Assembly (NCBI GenBank): GCA_902772915.1
Contig: CACYCE010000022.1
Location: 98,353 to 162,352, forward strand
Reading direction: 5' to 3'
Source of the DNA: an uncultured Erysipelotrichaceae bacterium
GTDB lineage: Bacteria > Bacillota_I > Bacilli_A > RFN20 > CAG-288
Length of the DNA: 64,000 nucleotides
Shown here: positions 1-10,316 of the stretch, piece by piece
Position numbering within the stretch: position 1 is the first letter of the stretch
Layout of the letters: each line of letters begins with the position of its first letter
The notes under the pieces: model-generated
Databases searched by the model: none
Seen by the model: only the letters and a program-made list of their open reading frames with translations
Told to the model about the DNA's origin: nothing
Translations under genes and position numbers: made by a program

Positions 1-2153
1 AAATTAAGTTTGGTGCTTCTAGCAAGACTTACGGTTCTTCTCAATTATATATATATGATCACAATAGCAATAAATATGTTGAAATATCTGAAGAATTAAG
101 AGGTGTTTTGCCTTCAGTTACTTCAGGTAATACTTCTTCTACTATAGATGGATTTAGAATTTCCGCTTTAGCTGGAAGTGCTACTACTGGTGAGACTTAT
201 TTAGCGAATTTGAAGTTAGCATCTCAATCTGAATTCCCCGCAATTGATTCTGAAAGTTTTGGTAATTTTAATAGAAATCTAGGCATTGGTCCTGTCACTA
301 ATTATGATCCAGTCATCTTAGCTAATAAAGAAGATGAAGAATCTATTACTGGAGTCGATCCTAAAGATTTTAAAGTCTACAATAGATTTGATTTAAACAG
401 CGAAATTCCTGAAACTTCATATGATGTAATCACTTATAAGACAGTTTCTGATGATGGCAGAACTATTGTTTATAGACATACATATACATTAAAAGGAACC
501 GGAGAAAAGAAGATTATTGAACAAAAAGTTGTTCTAGATGATAAAGACAATGTTACAAATATTGAGAACTTCAAAGTTTCTTATTTGAAGAACGATTCTA
601 CCGACACTTCTAAAGGTACAGTTGATATTACTGGTAATGTTATTAGAAGAGACGGTACTTTGCATTACGTTATCCTCACTAAAGGTTCACCTACTCCTTC
701 CGCTTCATCAATTGTTGGAGGAAGTGATATTACAGGAATGGTTGATCACGGTGAATTAGTTTTAAATAGCAAAGACGGAGCTTTCCATTTAACTTCTGGT
801 AAGTTGGATTACTCTAAAGAATATGACGTTTATGCTGTAGTTAATAACCCTAATGGTTTATCTCCGGTTTATTCAGCTTTAGAAGTCTCTACTGTTGTTA
901 ATATTGCTACTTGTCAAGATTTCTTTGATATGGCTACTAATGTTGATACTGCTAAATCTACTTTTAGATTACTCAACGATATCGACTTTTCTTCATTCTA
1001 TTGGAATTTTGAAGGTGGCGTTGATTTTAAAGGCGTCTTAGATGGCCAAGGCTTCAGCGTTAAGAATTTAAATATCTCTACTACTGTTGCTAAAGTTGGT
1101 ATCTTTAATGAATTCCAAGGTGTCGTTAGAAATATAATTTTCGATAATTGTAGTATCGCTGGTTTAGAAGATGTGGGTTTATTAGCTTCTACTATGTATG
1201 GTGGTTCAGTAGAAAACACCATCTTTAATAAATGCTCTGTCATCCAAGAAGAAACCACTACTGGTGGAGCAGGGTATTTTGGTATCTTATGTGGACGTTA
1301 TAGAGGTGAAGATAAGACTTACAATGTTAAAAATGTCTCTATTGAAGATGCGTATGTTAAATGTTCTAAATACTGCGGTTTATTAACTGGTGGTATTGAT
1401 AAAGCTTCTTCATCTTTAAATATTGAAGGTATTTATGCTTCTGGTAATGTCAATACTGAAGGAGCAGCGGTCGGTTTAATTGGTAGAAATAGATGTAACA
1501 CTACTATTAATAATGGCGTAGTTTACTTAACTATCGACAATGCAAAGAAAGAAATTGGTGTTGTTGCTGGCCACAATAAAGAAGGTGGAAAACTTAAAGT
1601 CTCTAATTTCTTCGGTGATTTAAAGATCAAGCAAATGACTCAAATTACTTACTTTGGTAACTTCATCGGAAGTAACGATCCTGCAACATCGACTTACGAA
1701 GTTCACAATGTCAACTTCTTAGAAGAAGATTATTCTGACTTGGCAGATTCTATTGATCACAATGTCAATGCTGTACATTTAGAAGGGGGCCCTGCTATTC
1801 CCGAAGAGTTCACTGCAGAGTTCTATGAAAAGAACACATTCATAAGAGATTTCACCACTTCATTATGGTGGAAATATAATGAAGCAACTCAAAAACCTGT
1901 GTTGAGTTTGAGGGAAGCAAGCGATATTAGTGTCACAGCTGATCAATTTGAAGCTTACGTTGATGAAATGGATGAAATTAAGATTTTAGATAACCACTAT
2001 AACTTATATAAAGCCCAAAACGTCTATAATCATTTATCAGATAGTGAGAAAGCGAAAATTGATAGTGGTAAGATGGAAAAATACACTAATATTAAGAACG
2101 CATATGAAAGATATCAACAGATGCTTGAGACTTTCATTGCTGTAGCTAAATAA
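1..2153 (+). CDS. 5'-truncated surface protein with GLUG-type beta-helix repeats; reading frame is open from window position 3, so the gene starts upstream of the window
   Basis: Frame of the 108..2153 ORF has no stop back to nt 3. The track's 'M' at 108 is a TTG codon. Repeated G-rich beta-strand motifs (VGLLAS, GLLTGG, AAVGLIGRN, GVVAGHN, NCSIAG/NKCSV) resemble GLUG/parallel beta-helix adhesin repeats. Confidence 0.55.
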   Translation, partial: IKFGASSKTYGSSQLYIYDHNSNKYVEISEELRGVLPSVTSGNTSSTIDGFRISALAGSATTGETYLANLKLASQSEFPAIDSESFGNFNRNLGIGPVTNYDPVILANKEDEESITGVDPKDFKVYNRFDLNSEIPETSYDVITYKTVSDDGRTIVYRHTYTLKGTGEKKIIEQKVVLDDKDNVTNIENFKVSYLKNDSTDTSKGTVDITGNVIRRDGTLHYVILTKGSPTPSASSIVGGSDITGMVDHGELVLNSKDGAFHLTSGKLDYSKEYDVYAVVNNPNGLSPVYSALEVSTVVNIATCQDFFDMATNVDTAKSTFRLLNDIDFSSFYWNFEGGVDFKGVLDGQGFSVKNLNISTTVAKVGIFNEFQGVVRNIIFDNCSIAGLEDVGLLASTMYGGSVENTIFNKCSVIQEETTTGGAGYFGILCGRYRGEDKTYNVKNVSIEDAYVKCSKYCGLLTGGIDKASSSLNIEGIYASGNVNTEGAAVGLIGRNRCNTTINNGVVYLTIDNAKKEIGVVAGHNKEGGKLKVSNFFGDLKIKQMTQITYFGNFIGSNDPATSTYEVHNVNFLEEDYSDLADSIDHNVNAVHLEGGPAIPEEFTAEFYEKNTFIRDFTTSLWWKYNEATQKPVLSLREASDISVTADQFEAYVDEMDEIKILDNHYNLYKAQNVYNHLSDSEKAKIDSGKMEKYTNIKNAYERYQQMLETFIAVAK

Positions 2154-2162
2154 AGGGGGAAA

Positions 2163-2927
2163 TTGAAAATGAAAAAAATGTTAAGTTTAATTTCCTTAGC
2201 TGTAGTTGGCTTGGGTTTAACTGGTTGTAATAACAATCCTGCTTCTTCAGCAATCTCTTCTCAAACTATCTCTTCGACAGTCGTTTCTTCTTTAGAGGTA
2301 AGTTCTTCAGCGAATAGAGAATTTAATATTGATACTGCAGTAAGTTTCTTTACTGACAATAGAGTTTTCTATTCTATTAACTACAATTACACTATCAAAG
2401 ATACTGCTAATATTACTAGATCTTACGGTCATACTAGAACTAGTGTTTTTATAGGTGTTGTTGATGAAATTAAGACAGAAATCGAGAATATCAACGGTTA
2501 TGATTATTATTCTTCATCTTTAGAAGATAACGCTGATTTAACTAGATATTCTTATGATATCTACAAAGATTCTAAGAATGTTGTTTCTAACATTAATCAA
2601 GCGGGTTATACTACTGAAAAAGTAGATAATACTATCGCCCCTTTAAGTGTTTATCACAAATTATCAGCTTTGAAAGCTAACAAGATTGATGATGATGGTG
2701 CGGATAAAATTGTAACTTGTACTGTAACTGATAAGAATTTATTCTTTGGAGATACTATCACAGAAGATGTCAAAGGAAAAATCGATGGTGATGTTACAGT
2801 TAAGGTAACACTTGATTCAAATTTACGTGTTTATAAATACAATCTCTCTTATAAATTTTCTGAATTTAATTACAACGGTTCTTATCAATTAGATACAATT
2901 ATGCCGATTCTAAGAATGCCTGTTTAA
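2163..2927 (+). CDS. hypothetical lipoprotein
   Basis: N-terminal signal peptide with lipobox LTGC (MKMKKMLSLISLAVVGLGLTGCNN). GGGGGA RBS 8 nt upstream. Ser-rich linker after the Cys. Confidence 0.6.
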   Translation: MKMKKMLSLISLAVVGLGLTGCNNNPASSAISSQTISSTVVSSLEVSSSANREFNIDTAVSFFTDNRVFYSINYNYTIKDTANITRSYGHTRTSVFIGVVDEIKTEIENINGYDYYSSSLEDNADLTRYSYDIYKDSKNVVSNINQAGYTTEKVDNTIAPLSVYHKLSALKANKIDDDGADKIVTCTVTDKNLFFGDTITEDVKGKIDGDVTVKVTLDSNLRVYKYNLSYKFSEFNYNGSYQLDTIMPILRMPV

Positions 2928-2985
2928 AACTTAAATTAAACATCATATTTAATTTGATAGCAATTACTCTATCTAGAGTTAAGTA

Positions 2986-3022
2986 CAAAAGGATTTGGAT
3001 TGATATCCAAGTCCTTTTTATA
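2986..3022 (+). terminator. rho-independent terminator downstream of lipoprotein gene
   Basis: Hairpin AAAGGATTTGGAT-tgat-ATCCAAGTCCTTT (13 bp stem, one mismatch) followed by TTTTATAATTTT. Confidence 0.6.
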
Positions 3023-3181
3023 ATTTTCTAAAAGTAAAGTAGGATAGCTTGAAAACATTGCAAAAATTGATTGTAATTCTCTTATTGCTTAGTTAAAGGG
3101 ACTTTAATATTATTTGAATATTAAAAAATACTTTTATTTAATATATAATTAATATACGTTTGGAAACACGCGATTATAAAT

Positions 3182-3832
3182 ATGGGAAAGAGTAAATATT
3201 TATACGAGAAGAGAACTATAATCGTCTACTTCATTACTACGGTATTGCTTGTAGGATTATCTTGTATCGGACTTATATGGGGTGATTGGGAAGTCATCAT
3301 GAGTATGGGTTTTGGTGTAGTTTTTGGATTTTTAAATTTACTTTCATTACTTCACTCTTCAACGGTTTTAGGGAGAAGAGGAGATTCATCTACAAAAAGT
3401 TCAATTTACGGTTTTGCAGGTGTTAGACAATTAATTATGCTTCTAGCTATAGGCGCTCCAGCCTTAATTATCTATTTCACTAAAAAAGATACCGATAGCA
3501 ATTTGAGATTTTTAAATATTCTTGCTGCAGGGGTACCTTTTATTGCTTGCACTGGTATCTTTTCTGCAGTTAAACCTAGTGATAAAGAATTAGAAGAAAT
3601 GCAAAATAGAGCCGAAGAAAACAATCAGTTGCCTCCTAAATATTTATCTAAAAAAGATAATGAAGAAGTGGAAGAAAGTTCTAAACTTGATTTAGAATAT
3701 TTTCCGGCTTTACAAGAATATGGGTTTTCACAAACTAGCTGGGCGATATTGACTGATGAACAAAAAGGTAAAGTTCTAGTACAAATTGCTGAAGGTAAGA
3801 TTAAGAAGGTGAGTAAGAAAGAAAATGAATAG
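3182..3832 (+). CDS. AtpI-like 4-TM membrane protein with charged C-terminal extension, first gene of the ATP synthase operon
   Basis: Four hydrophobic helices in the first ~130 aa. Its stop overlaps the atpB start (3825). Position corresponds to atpI in F-ATPase operons. C-terminal 80 aa are K/E-rich. Function is inferred from position only. Confidence 0.4.
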   Translation: MGKSKYLYEKRTIIVYFITTVLLVGLSCIGLIWGDWEVIMSMGFGVVFGFLNLLSLLHSSTVLGRRGDSSTKSSIYGFAGVRQLIMLLAIGAPALIIYFTKKDTDSNLRFLNILAAGVPFIACTGIFSAVKPSDKELEEMQNRAEENNQLPPKYLSKKDNEEVEESSKLDLEYFPALQEYGFSQTSWAILTDEQKGKVLVQIAEGKIKKVSKKENE

Positions 3833-4664
3833 TCTATACGCCATTGATTTCTCAAACTCAATTAGATGGGATGAATCCACTTATTCTGGTGAAGTAATCA
3901 TGTCCTTGTTGGTAATGGGATTGATTGCCATCCTCTCTTTTGTCGTCTTCTTTATTTTTAGAGGTAAAGATCCTACTAAACCCGATAGAAACAAATTCAT
4001 CACTATTATGTGTGGATTTGTCAATTGGGTTGACGGCTACACCTTAGACTTAATGGGTAAGAAATGGAGAAGATTTGCAGCTTATTCATTCTGCTTAGTA
4101 GTCTATATCTTCTTATCATTTTTTATAGCCATAACTGGTTTACCTGGACCTTTAACTAGTTACACTTGTACTTTATCAATCGGTTTAATTACTTTGATAA
4201 TGATTCACGTAACTGCAATCAAGAAAAATAAACTTAAATATTTTAAACGTTACACCGATCCTTTCCCTATATTTTTACCTATTAATTTAATTGCAATGTG
4301 GGCTCCAATGCTCTCTTTATCTTTGCGTTTATTTGGTAATGCTTTGGCGGGTTTCGCTTTAGAAACTCTGGCTTATTATTTCTTAGAAAAGTTATCTGGA
4401 GTTATTTTTGGTGGCTTGCTTGCTGTTACTCCTTTCCCTGGTCCAGCAGGTATATTCTTAGCCCCTTTGATTACCCCTGCTCTCCACCTTTACTTTGATT
4501 TGTTCTCAGGTGTAGTTCAAGCCTTCATCTTCATATCCTTAACTATGGTTTGGGTCGCTCAAGAGAATCCTGACGAGGAAGCTGAAGAACAAACTAGCGT
4601 CTTAGGGGAATCTAGCAAGAATGAACCTGTGACTAATATTGAGAATGTAACTCAAAAAGCTTAA
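3825..4664 (+). CDS. atpB: F0F1 ATP synthase subunit a
   Basis: Multi-TM protein with the conserved a-subunit motif LRLFGNALAG and P-rich loops. First of eight contiguous atp genes. Confidence 0.9.
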   Translation: MNSLYAIDFSNSIRWDESTYSGEVIMSLLVMGLIAILSFVVFFIFRGKDPTKPDRNKFITIMCGFVNWVDGYTLDLMGKKWRRFAAYSFCLVVYIFLSFFIAITGLPGPLTSYTCTLSIGLITLIMIHVTAIKKNKLKYFKRYTDPFPIFLPINLIAMWAPMLSLSLRLFGNALAGFALETLAYYFLEKLSGVIFGGLLAVTPFPGPAGIFLAPLITPALHLYFDLFSGVVQAFIFISLTMVWVAQENPDEEAEEQTSVLGESSKNEPVTNIENVTQKA

Positions 4665-4718
4665 CGAAAAATTTGTCATAAATGACAGTTTCGATATTAA
4701 AAGAAAGGAGGTGAATTT

Positions 4719-4943
4719 ATGGATTTACAAGCGTTAAAGTACATCGGTGCTGGTTTAGCAGTTTTAACTGGTTTAGGATCAGGTATCGGTGAAGGTAATC
4801 TCTGCGCTTCCGCCATGGATGGTATGTCTAGAAATCCTGAAATGTACGGGAAATTGAGAACCGGTATGATTATCGGTTGCGCCTTGACTGAAACTACCGG
4901 TATTTACGGTTTATTGATTGCTATTCTTTGTTTGGTTATGTAG
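4719..4943 (+). CDS. atpE: F0F1 ATP synthase subunit c
   Basis: 74 aa two-helix proteolipid. GxGxGxG-like loop (GLGSGIGEGN) and conserved carboxylate helix (CALTETTGIYGLLIA). Confidence 0.92.
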   Translation: MDLQALKYIGAGLAVLTGLGSGIGEGNLCASAMDGMSRNPEMYGKLRTGMIIGCALTETTGIYGLLIAILCLVM

Positions 4944-4981
4944 TTTTTTATTCGTTTTCTTTAAAAAAGGAGGTTTGATTT

Positions 4982-5542
4982 ATGAATCCTATTATTTATT
5001 CTACAGATGGTGATGCGATTTCCGGTATTTTAGATATTTCTGGAAAACTCATTCCTAATCTCTGGGCATTTATAACTCAGCTTATCGCGTTTAGTATAAT
5101 GGTTGCTCTCGTTATCTTTTTCGCGTATAAACCTGTGAGAAAATATTTAGATAAAAGACAAGCCTATATTAAAGAAAACTTAGACCAAGCTGCTAAATCA
5201 AACAAAGAAGCTCAAGAAGCTAATCAAAAAGCTCAATTAGCTTTAGCCAGTTCCAAAAAAGAAGGGGCAGCTATTATCTTAGAAGCGAAAAAACAAGCTG
5301 AAGAAGATAAAGTTATTTACGAAGAAAAGCTCCAGAAGGAATTGCAGTTAAAGAGAATTAGGGCTGAACAAGATATCCAGGCTCAAAAGCGTCAGGCTAT
5401 CGAAGATGCTAAAGGCGAAATCGTCGATATTGCCTTGATGGCTTCATCTTCATTATTAGGAAGAGAAGTCAATTCTAAAGACAACAAAGAATACGTCGCT
5501 AAATTTGTTGAAGAAATGCAAGAAAGTTCCCAAGCTAAATAA
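4982..5542 (+). CDS. atpF: F0F1 ATP synthase subunit b
   Basis: Single N-terminal TM followed by a long charged A/K/E/Q-rich coiled coil. Strong GGAGG RBS. Operon position. Confidence 0.85.
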   Translation: MNPIIYSTDGDAISGILDISGKLIPNLWAFITQLIAFSIMVALVIFFAYKPVRKYLDKRQAYIKENLDQAAKSNKEAQEANQKAQLALASSKKEGAAIILEAKKQAEEDKVIYEEKLQKELQLKRIRAEQDIQAQKRQAIEDAKGEIVDIALMASSSLLGREVNSKDNKEYVAKFVEEMQESSQAK

Positions 5543-6084
5543 TGGAATCATTACAATCTAGATACGCTTCTTCTCTCCTTTCTTTAGCTATAGAAGAAAA
5601 GAAAGTTAAAGAATATTTAGAAGAAGTTACCAAAGTTAAAGAAATTTTAGGTGAAAATAAAGATTTAGTTCACCTTCTTTCGTCGTACTTTCTTTCTAGA
5701 GAAGAATTGAATTCCACTATAGATAAAGTCTTCTCATTTATTAAAAATGAATATGTGAAAGATTTTATAAAAGTCGTCTGTACTTCTAGAAGAGGTTATA
5801 TGATTGAATCTATATTAAGAGAATTCATCAAAGAAGCTTCTTTATTAGAAAATATAGTTGAAGGAACCGTCTATTCCACTTCTCCTCTTACCAAAGAAGA
5901 GATTAAATCTCTAGAAGTAGCTTTGGAGAAGAAAGATGGATATAAAACAAAATTAATAAATAAGATTGATCCTTCTTTAATCGGAGGAATAAAAATCGTC
6001 ATTAACGATAAGATCATCGATCGTTCAATGAAATCAGCCTTAGATGATATTAAAAAGAAAATACTGGAAGGAGAAAATTCATAA
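5542..6084 (+). CDS. atpH: F0F1 ATP synthase subunit delta
   Basis: 180 aa OSCP-like protein. TAATG overlap with atpF. Operon position between b and alpha. Confidence 0.8.
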   Translation: MESLQSRYASSLLSLAIEEKKVKEYLEEVTKVKEILGENKDLVHLLSSYFLSREELNSTIDKVFSFIKNEYVKDFIKVVCTSRRGYMIESILREFIKEASLLENIVEGTVYSTSPLTKEEIKSLEVALEKKDGYKTKLINKIDPSLIGGIKIVINDKIIDRSMKSALDDIKKKILEGENS

Positions 6085-7592
6085 TGGCCATCAAGACAAA
6101 TGAAATTTCCGCGCTCATTAAAGAGCAAATTAAACATTATTCCCAAAAGATCGAATCTAACGATGTTGGTACTGTAATCTCCGTTGGCGATGGTATTGCT
6201 ACAGTTTATGGTTTAGATAAAGCGATGTTAGGTGAACTTTTACTTTTCCCTAACGATGTCTATGGCATGGTTATGAATTTAAATGAAGACTCTGTAGGTA
6301 CGGCTTTATTAGGTGATGATCGCCTTATTAAAGAAGGTGATTTTGTCAAACGCACTGGTAATGTTGTTGAAGTACCTGTCGGAGATGCCTTATTAGGAAG
6401 AGTTGTCAATCCTCTAGGTCAAGCTATCGATGGTTTAGGAGAAATTAAAATTAATAAAACTAGACCTATCGAGAGAATTGCTCCCGGTGTTATGACTAGA
6501 AAATCCGTCGATACTCCTTTAATGACTGGTATCAAAGCAATCGATGCTATGATTCCTATTGGTAGAGGTCAAAGAGAATTAATTATCGGTGATAGACAAA
6601 CCGGTAAGACTGCTATAGCTATTGATACAATCATCAATCAAAAAGGTAAAGATTGTTTATGCGTCTATGTTGCTATTGGTCAAAAGACTTCAACTGTAGT
6701 TAGAGTTGTTGAAAGATTAAAAGAGCACGGAGCTATGGAGTATACTACTGTCGTTTCTTCCACTGCGGCGGAAATGGATACTTTAAAATACATCGCTCCT
6801 TACGCTGGAGTTACAATGGCAGAAGAGTGGATGGAACAAGGTAAGGATGTTCTAATTGTTTATGATGATTTATCTAAGCACGCTGTTGCTTATAGAACTT
6901 TATCATTACTATTAAAAAGAGCTCCCGGTAGAGAAGCTTATCCTGGTGATGTCTTCTATTTACATTCAAGATTACTTGAAAGGGCGTGTAGATTAGATGA
7001 GGCTCACGGAGGAGGAAGTATCACTGCTTTACCTATTATCGAAACTCAAGCTGGAGATATCTCCGCTTATATTCCTACTAACGTCATTTCTATTACCGAC
7101 GGCCAGATTTTCTTGGTTACAGATTTATTTAACGCAGGTCAAAGACCGGCAGTTGATTCAGGTTTATCAGTCTCCAGAGTCGGTTCATCCGCTCAGAATA
7201 AATGTATGAAACAAGTCTCTAAATCTTTGAAGATCGAACTTGCTAATTACAGAGAACTTCAAGCTTTCACCCAATTTGGGTCTGATTTAGATGAATCTAC
7301 TAAAAAGACTCTAGCTCACGGCGAAGCTCTAATGGAAGTTTTAAAGCAAGGACAATATAGCCCTATGCAATTAGATAGACAAATTATCGAACTCTTCGCT
7401 GCAAAACAAGGAATATTAGATGATTTACCTATCGATCAAATTCACCCTTTCTTAGAAAGTTTATATTTGAATGTTCAAAAGAACAATTCATCTATTATTA
7501 AAGAAATTAACGATAAGAAAGAATTATCTAAAGATTCTTTAGATATTTTAGAAAAAGTCGTCGCGGACTTTAAAAACGCATATGTTTTATAA
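6084..7592 (+). CDS. atpA: F0F1 ATP synthase subunit alpha
   Basis: Walker A GDRQTGKT. Conserved alpha-subunit blocks ([27 protein letters not shown] -> [27 protein letters not shown]). Confidence 0.97.
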   Translation: MAIKTNEISALIKEQIKHYSQKIESNDVGTVISVGDGIATVYGLDKAMLGELLLFPNDVYGMVMNLNEDSVGTALLGDDRLIKEGDFVKRTGNVVEVPVGDALLGRVVNPLGQAIDGLGEIKINKTRPIERIAPGVMTRKSVDTPLMTGIKAIDAMIPIGRGQRELIIGDRQTGKTAIAIDTIINQKGKDCLCVYVAIGQKTSTVVRVVERLKEHGAMEYTTVVSSTAAEMDTLKYIAPYAGVTMAEEWMEQGKDVLIVYDDLSKHAVAYRTLSLLLKRAPGREAYPGDVFYLHSRLLERACRLDEAHGGGSITALPIIETQAGDISAYIPTNVISITDGQIFLVTDLFNAGQRPAVDSGLSVSRVGSSAQNKCMKQVSKSLKIELANYRELQAFTQFGSDLDESTKKTLAHGEALMEVLKQGQYSPMQLDRQIIELFAAKQGILDDLPIDQIHPFLESLYLNVQKNNSSIIKEINDKKELSKDSLDILEKVVADFKNAYVL

Positions 7593-7601
7593 GGATAAAA
7601 A

Positions 7602-8486
7602 ATGGGCTCATCTTTAGCGCGTATCAAAAGAAGAATCGCTTCGATCGACTCCACTAGAAAGATTACTAACGCTATGAAGTTAGTTTCTTCAGTGAAATTG
7701 TTAAGAAAGAGAAAAGCGATGGATTCTACAATCGATTACGTCTCTTCTTTACAGGAGGTTATGTCTAGTTGTATGGAAGGGATGGATATGAGCGAAATGA
7801 AACTCGCTTCTCCTTTGATGTTGGAAAAAACAGGAGAGAAAGCTAAAGGTGATTTATACGTTATTATCACTTCTGATTTAGGTTTATGTGGAGGATATAA
7901 CATCAATATTGTTAAATTCTTAAAAACTTTGATTAAGGAAGATGATACTGCGATGGTTTTAGGGAGCAAAGGTCTATCTAAATTGAAAGATGAAGATATC
8001 TCATCTATCGATTCTGATAATGTTTCGATTTTAAATAAATTCAATTTTTCATCAGCTTTGAATTTGAGAGAAAAAATCTCCACTTTATATATTCAAGGCG
8101 AATATAAACACGTTTATTTAGTTTATACAAAATTCAAAAACGCTCTGACGTTTATACCTAGTTGTGAAACTATCTTACCATTGGAAAAAATTGATATAAA
8201 TGTATCAAAAAACGATAATAAGAATATCTATCCACCGGAATTCTTACCTAATAAAAAAGACGTGTTTGCTCTTCTAATTCCTAAATATCTAGATCTGTTG
8301 ATTTATGAGAGAATCATAGAATCGGGAGTTTGTGAAGAAGGAAGCAGGAGAAACGCGATGGAATCTGCTACAGATAACGCAGATGAATTACGAAGCAATT
8401 TAAATATTGAATATAACAAAGCTCGACAGGCGGAGATTACATCTCAGATTACAGAAATCGTCTCTGGTCGAGTTGTAGAAGAATAA
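7602..8486 (+). CDS. atpG: F0F1 ATP synthase subunit gamma
   Basis: N-terminal IKRRIASIDSTRKITNAMKLVSSVKL and C-terminal ...ITSQITEIVSG, typical of gamma. Operon position. Confidence 0.88.
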   Translation: MGSSLARIKRRIASIDSTRKITNAMKLVSSVKLLRKRKAMDSTIDYVSSLQEVMSSCMEGMDMSEMKLASPLMLEKTGEKAKGDLYVIITSDLGLCGGYNINIVKFLKTLIKEDDTAMVLGSKGLSKLKDEDISSIDSDNVSILNKFNFSSALNLREKISTLYIQGEYKHVYLVYTKFKNALTFIPSCETILPLEKIDINVSKNDNKNIYPPEFLPNKKDVFALLIPKYLDLLIYERIIESGVCEEGSRRNAMESATDNADELRSNLNIEYNKARQAEITSQITEIVSGRVVEE

Positions 8487-9908
<1,422 letters not shown>

Positions 9909-9914
9909 TATTTT

Positions 9915-10316
9915 ATGGCTAGCAATACTTTTGAATTCAAGATTGTCTCCCCAGATGGCAAGAACTATTCAGATAGTTGTGAGATCTTAAATCTCACTTT
10001 AAAAGATGGAGCAATCGGTATCTTAAAAGGACACACTCCTATAATTGGTATTATCGAGATTTGCATAATGGATTATGTAAAGCAAGGTAAGAGAATTTGT
10101 TTAACAATTAACGGAGGAGTCTTAAACGTCAAAAAAGACGAAGTTTTAATTTTGGCGGATTCTTTCGAGACTAAAGATCAAATTGATAAAGATAGAGTAT
10201 TGAAAGCTAAAGCCCGCGCTGAAGAGAGGATTAAATCTCACGATGCGAACACTGATCTTAAACGCGCTGAAGTCGCTTTGAAAAAAGCAATAAATAGATT
10301 AACTTTAATAAATTAA
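9915..10316 (+). CDS. atpC: F0F1 ATP synthase subunit epsilon
   Basis: 133 aa; N-terminal beta-sandwich motif (FKIVSPDG...GAIGILKGHTPII) plus C-terminal helical hairpin. Last gene of the operon. Confidence 0.88.
   Translation: MASNTFEFKIVSPDGKNYSDSCEILNLTLKDGAIGILKGHTPIIGIIEICIMDYVKQGKRICLTINGGVLNVKKDEVLILADSFETKDQIDKDRVLKAKARAEERIKSHDANTDLKRAEVALKKAINRLTLIN

Noticed and set aside
998-1258. Short ORFs (60-137 aa) on the opposite strand or in alternate frames inside long, well-supported genes. Examples: 998-1258-, 3625-3861-, 5871-6146-, 6997-7209+, 7736-8083-, 9664-9873+, 11317-11529-, 11348-11707+, 13894-14169-, 14528-14782-, 18484-18702+, 18533-18787-, 19101-19304-, 20870-21283-, 24157-24348-, 25692-25907+, 28517-28834+, 31098-31370+, 34861-35073+, 39942-40124-, 40918-41106+, 44200-44463-, 46340-46561+, 47702-47884-, 49268-49450-, 49834-50034-, 52419-52601+, 57283-57480-, 59280-59486-, 62586-62780-.
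   Set aside because: All are fully embedded in strongly motif-supported CDS, lack RBSs, and have low-complexity or hydrophobic junk translations typical of AT-rich antisense frames. Treated as spurious.
4665-4718. Small hairpin TTGTCATaaATGACAG between atpB and atpE as a regulatory element
   Set aside because: Stem is short (6-7 bp) with a 2-3-nt loop. Such inter-cistronic hairpins are common in atp operons and there is no distinctive feature to support a specific call.
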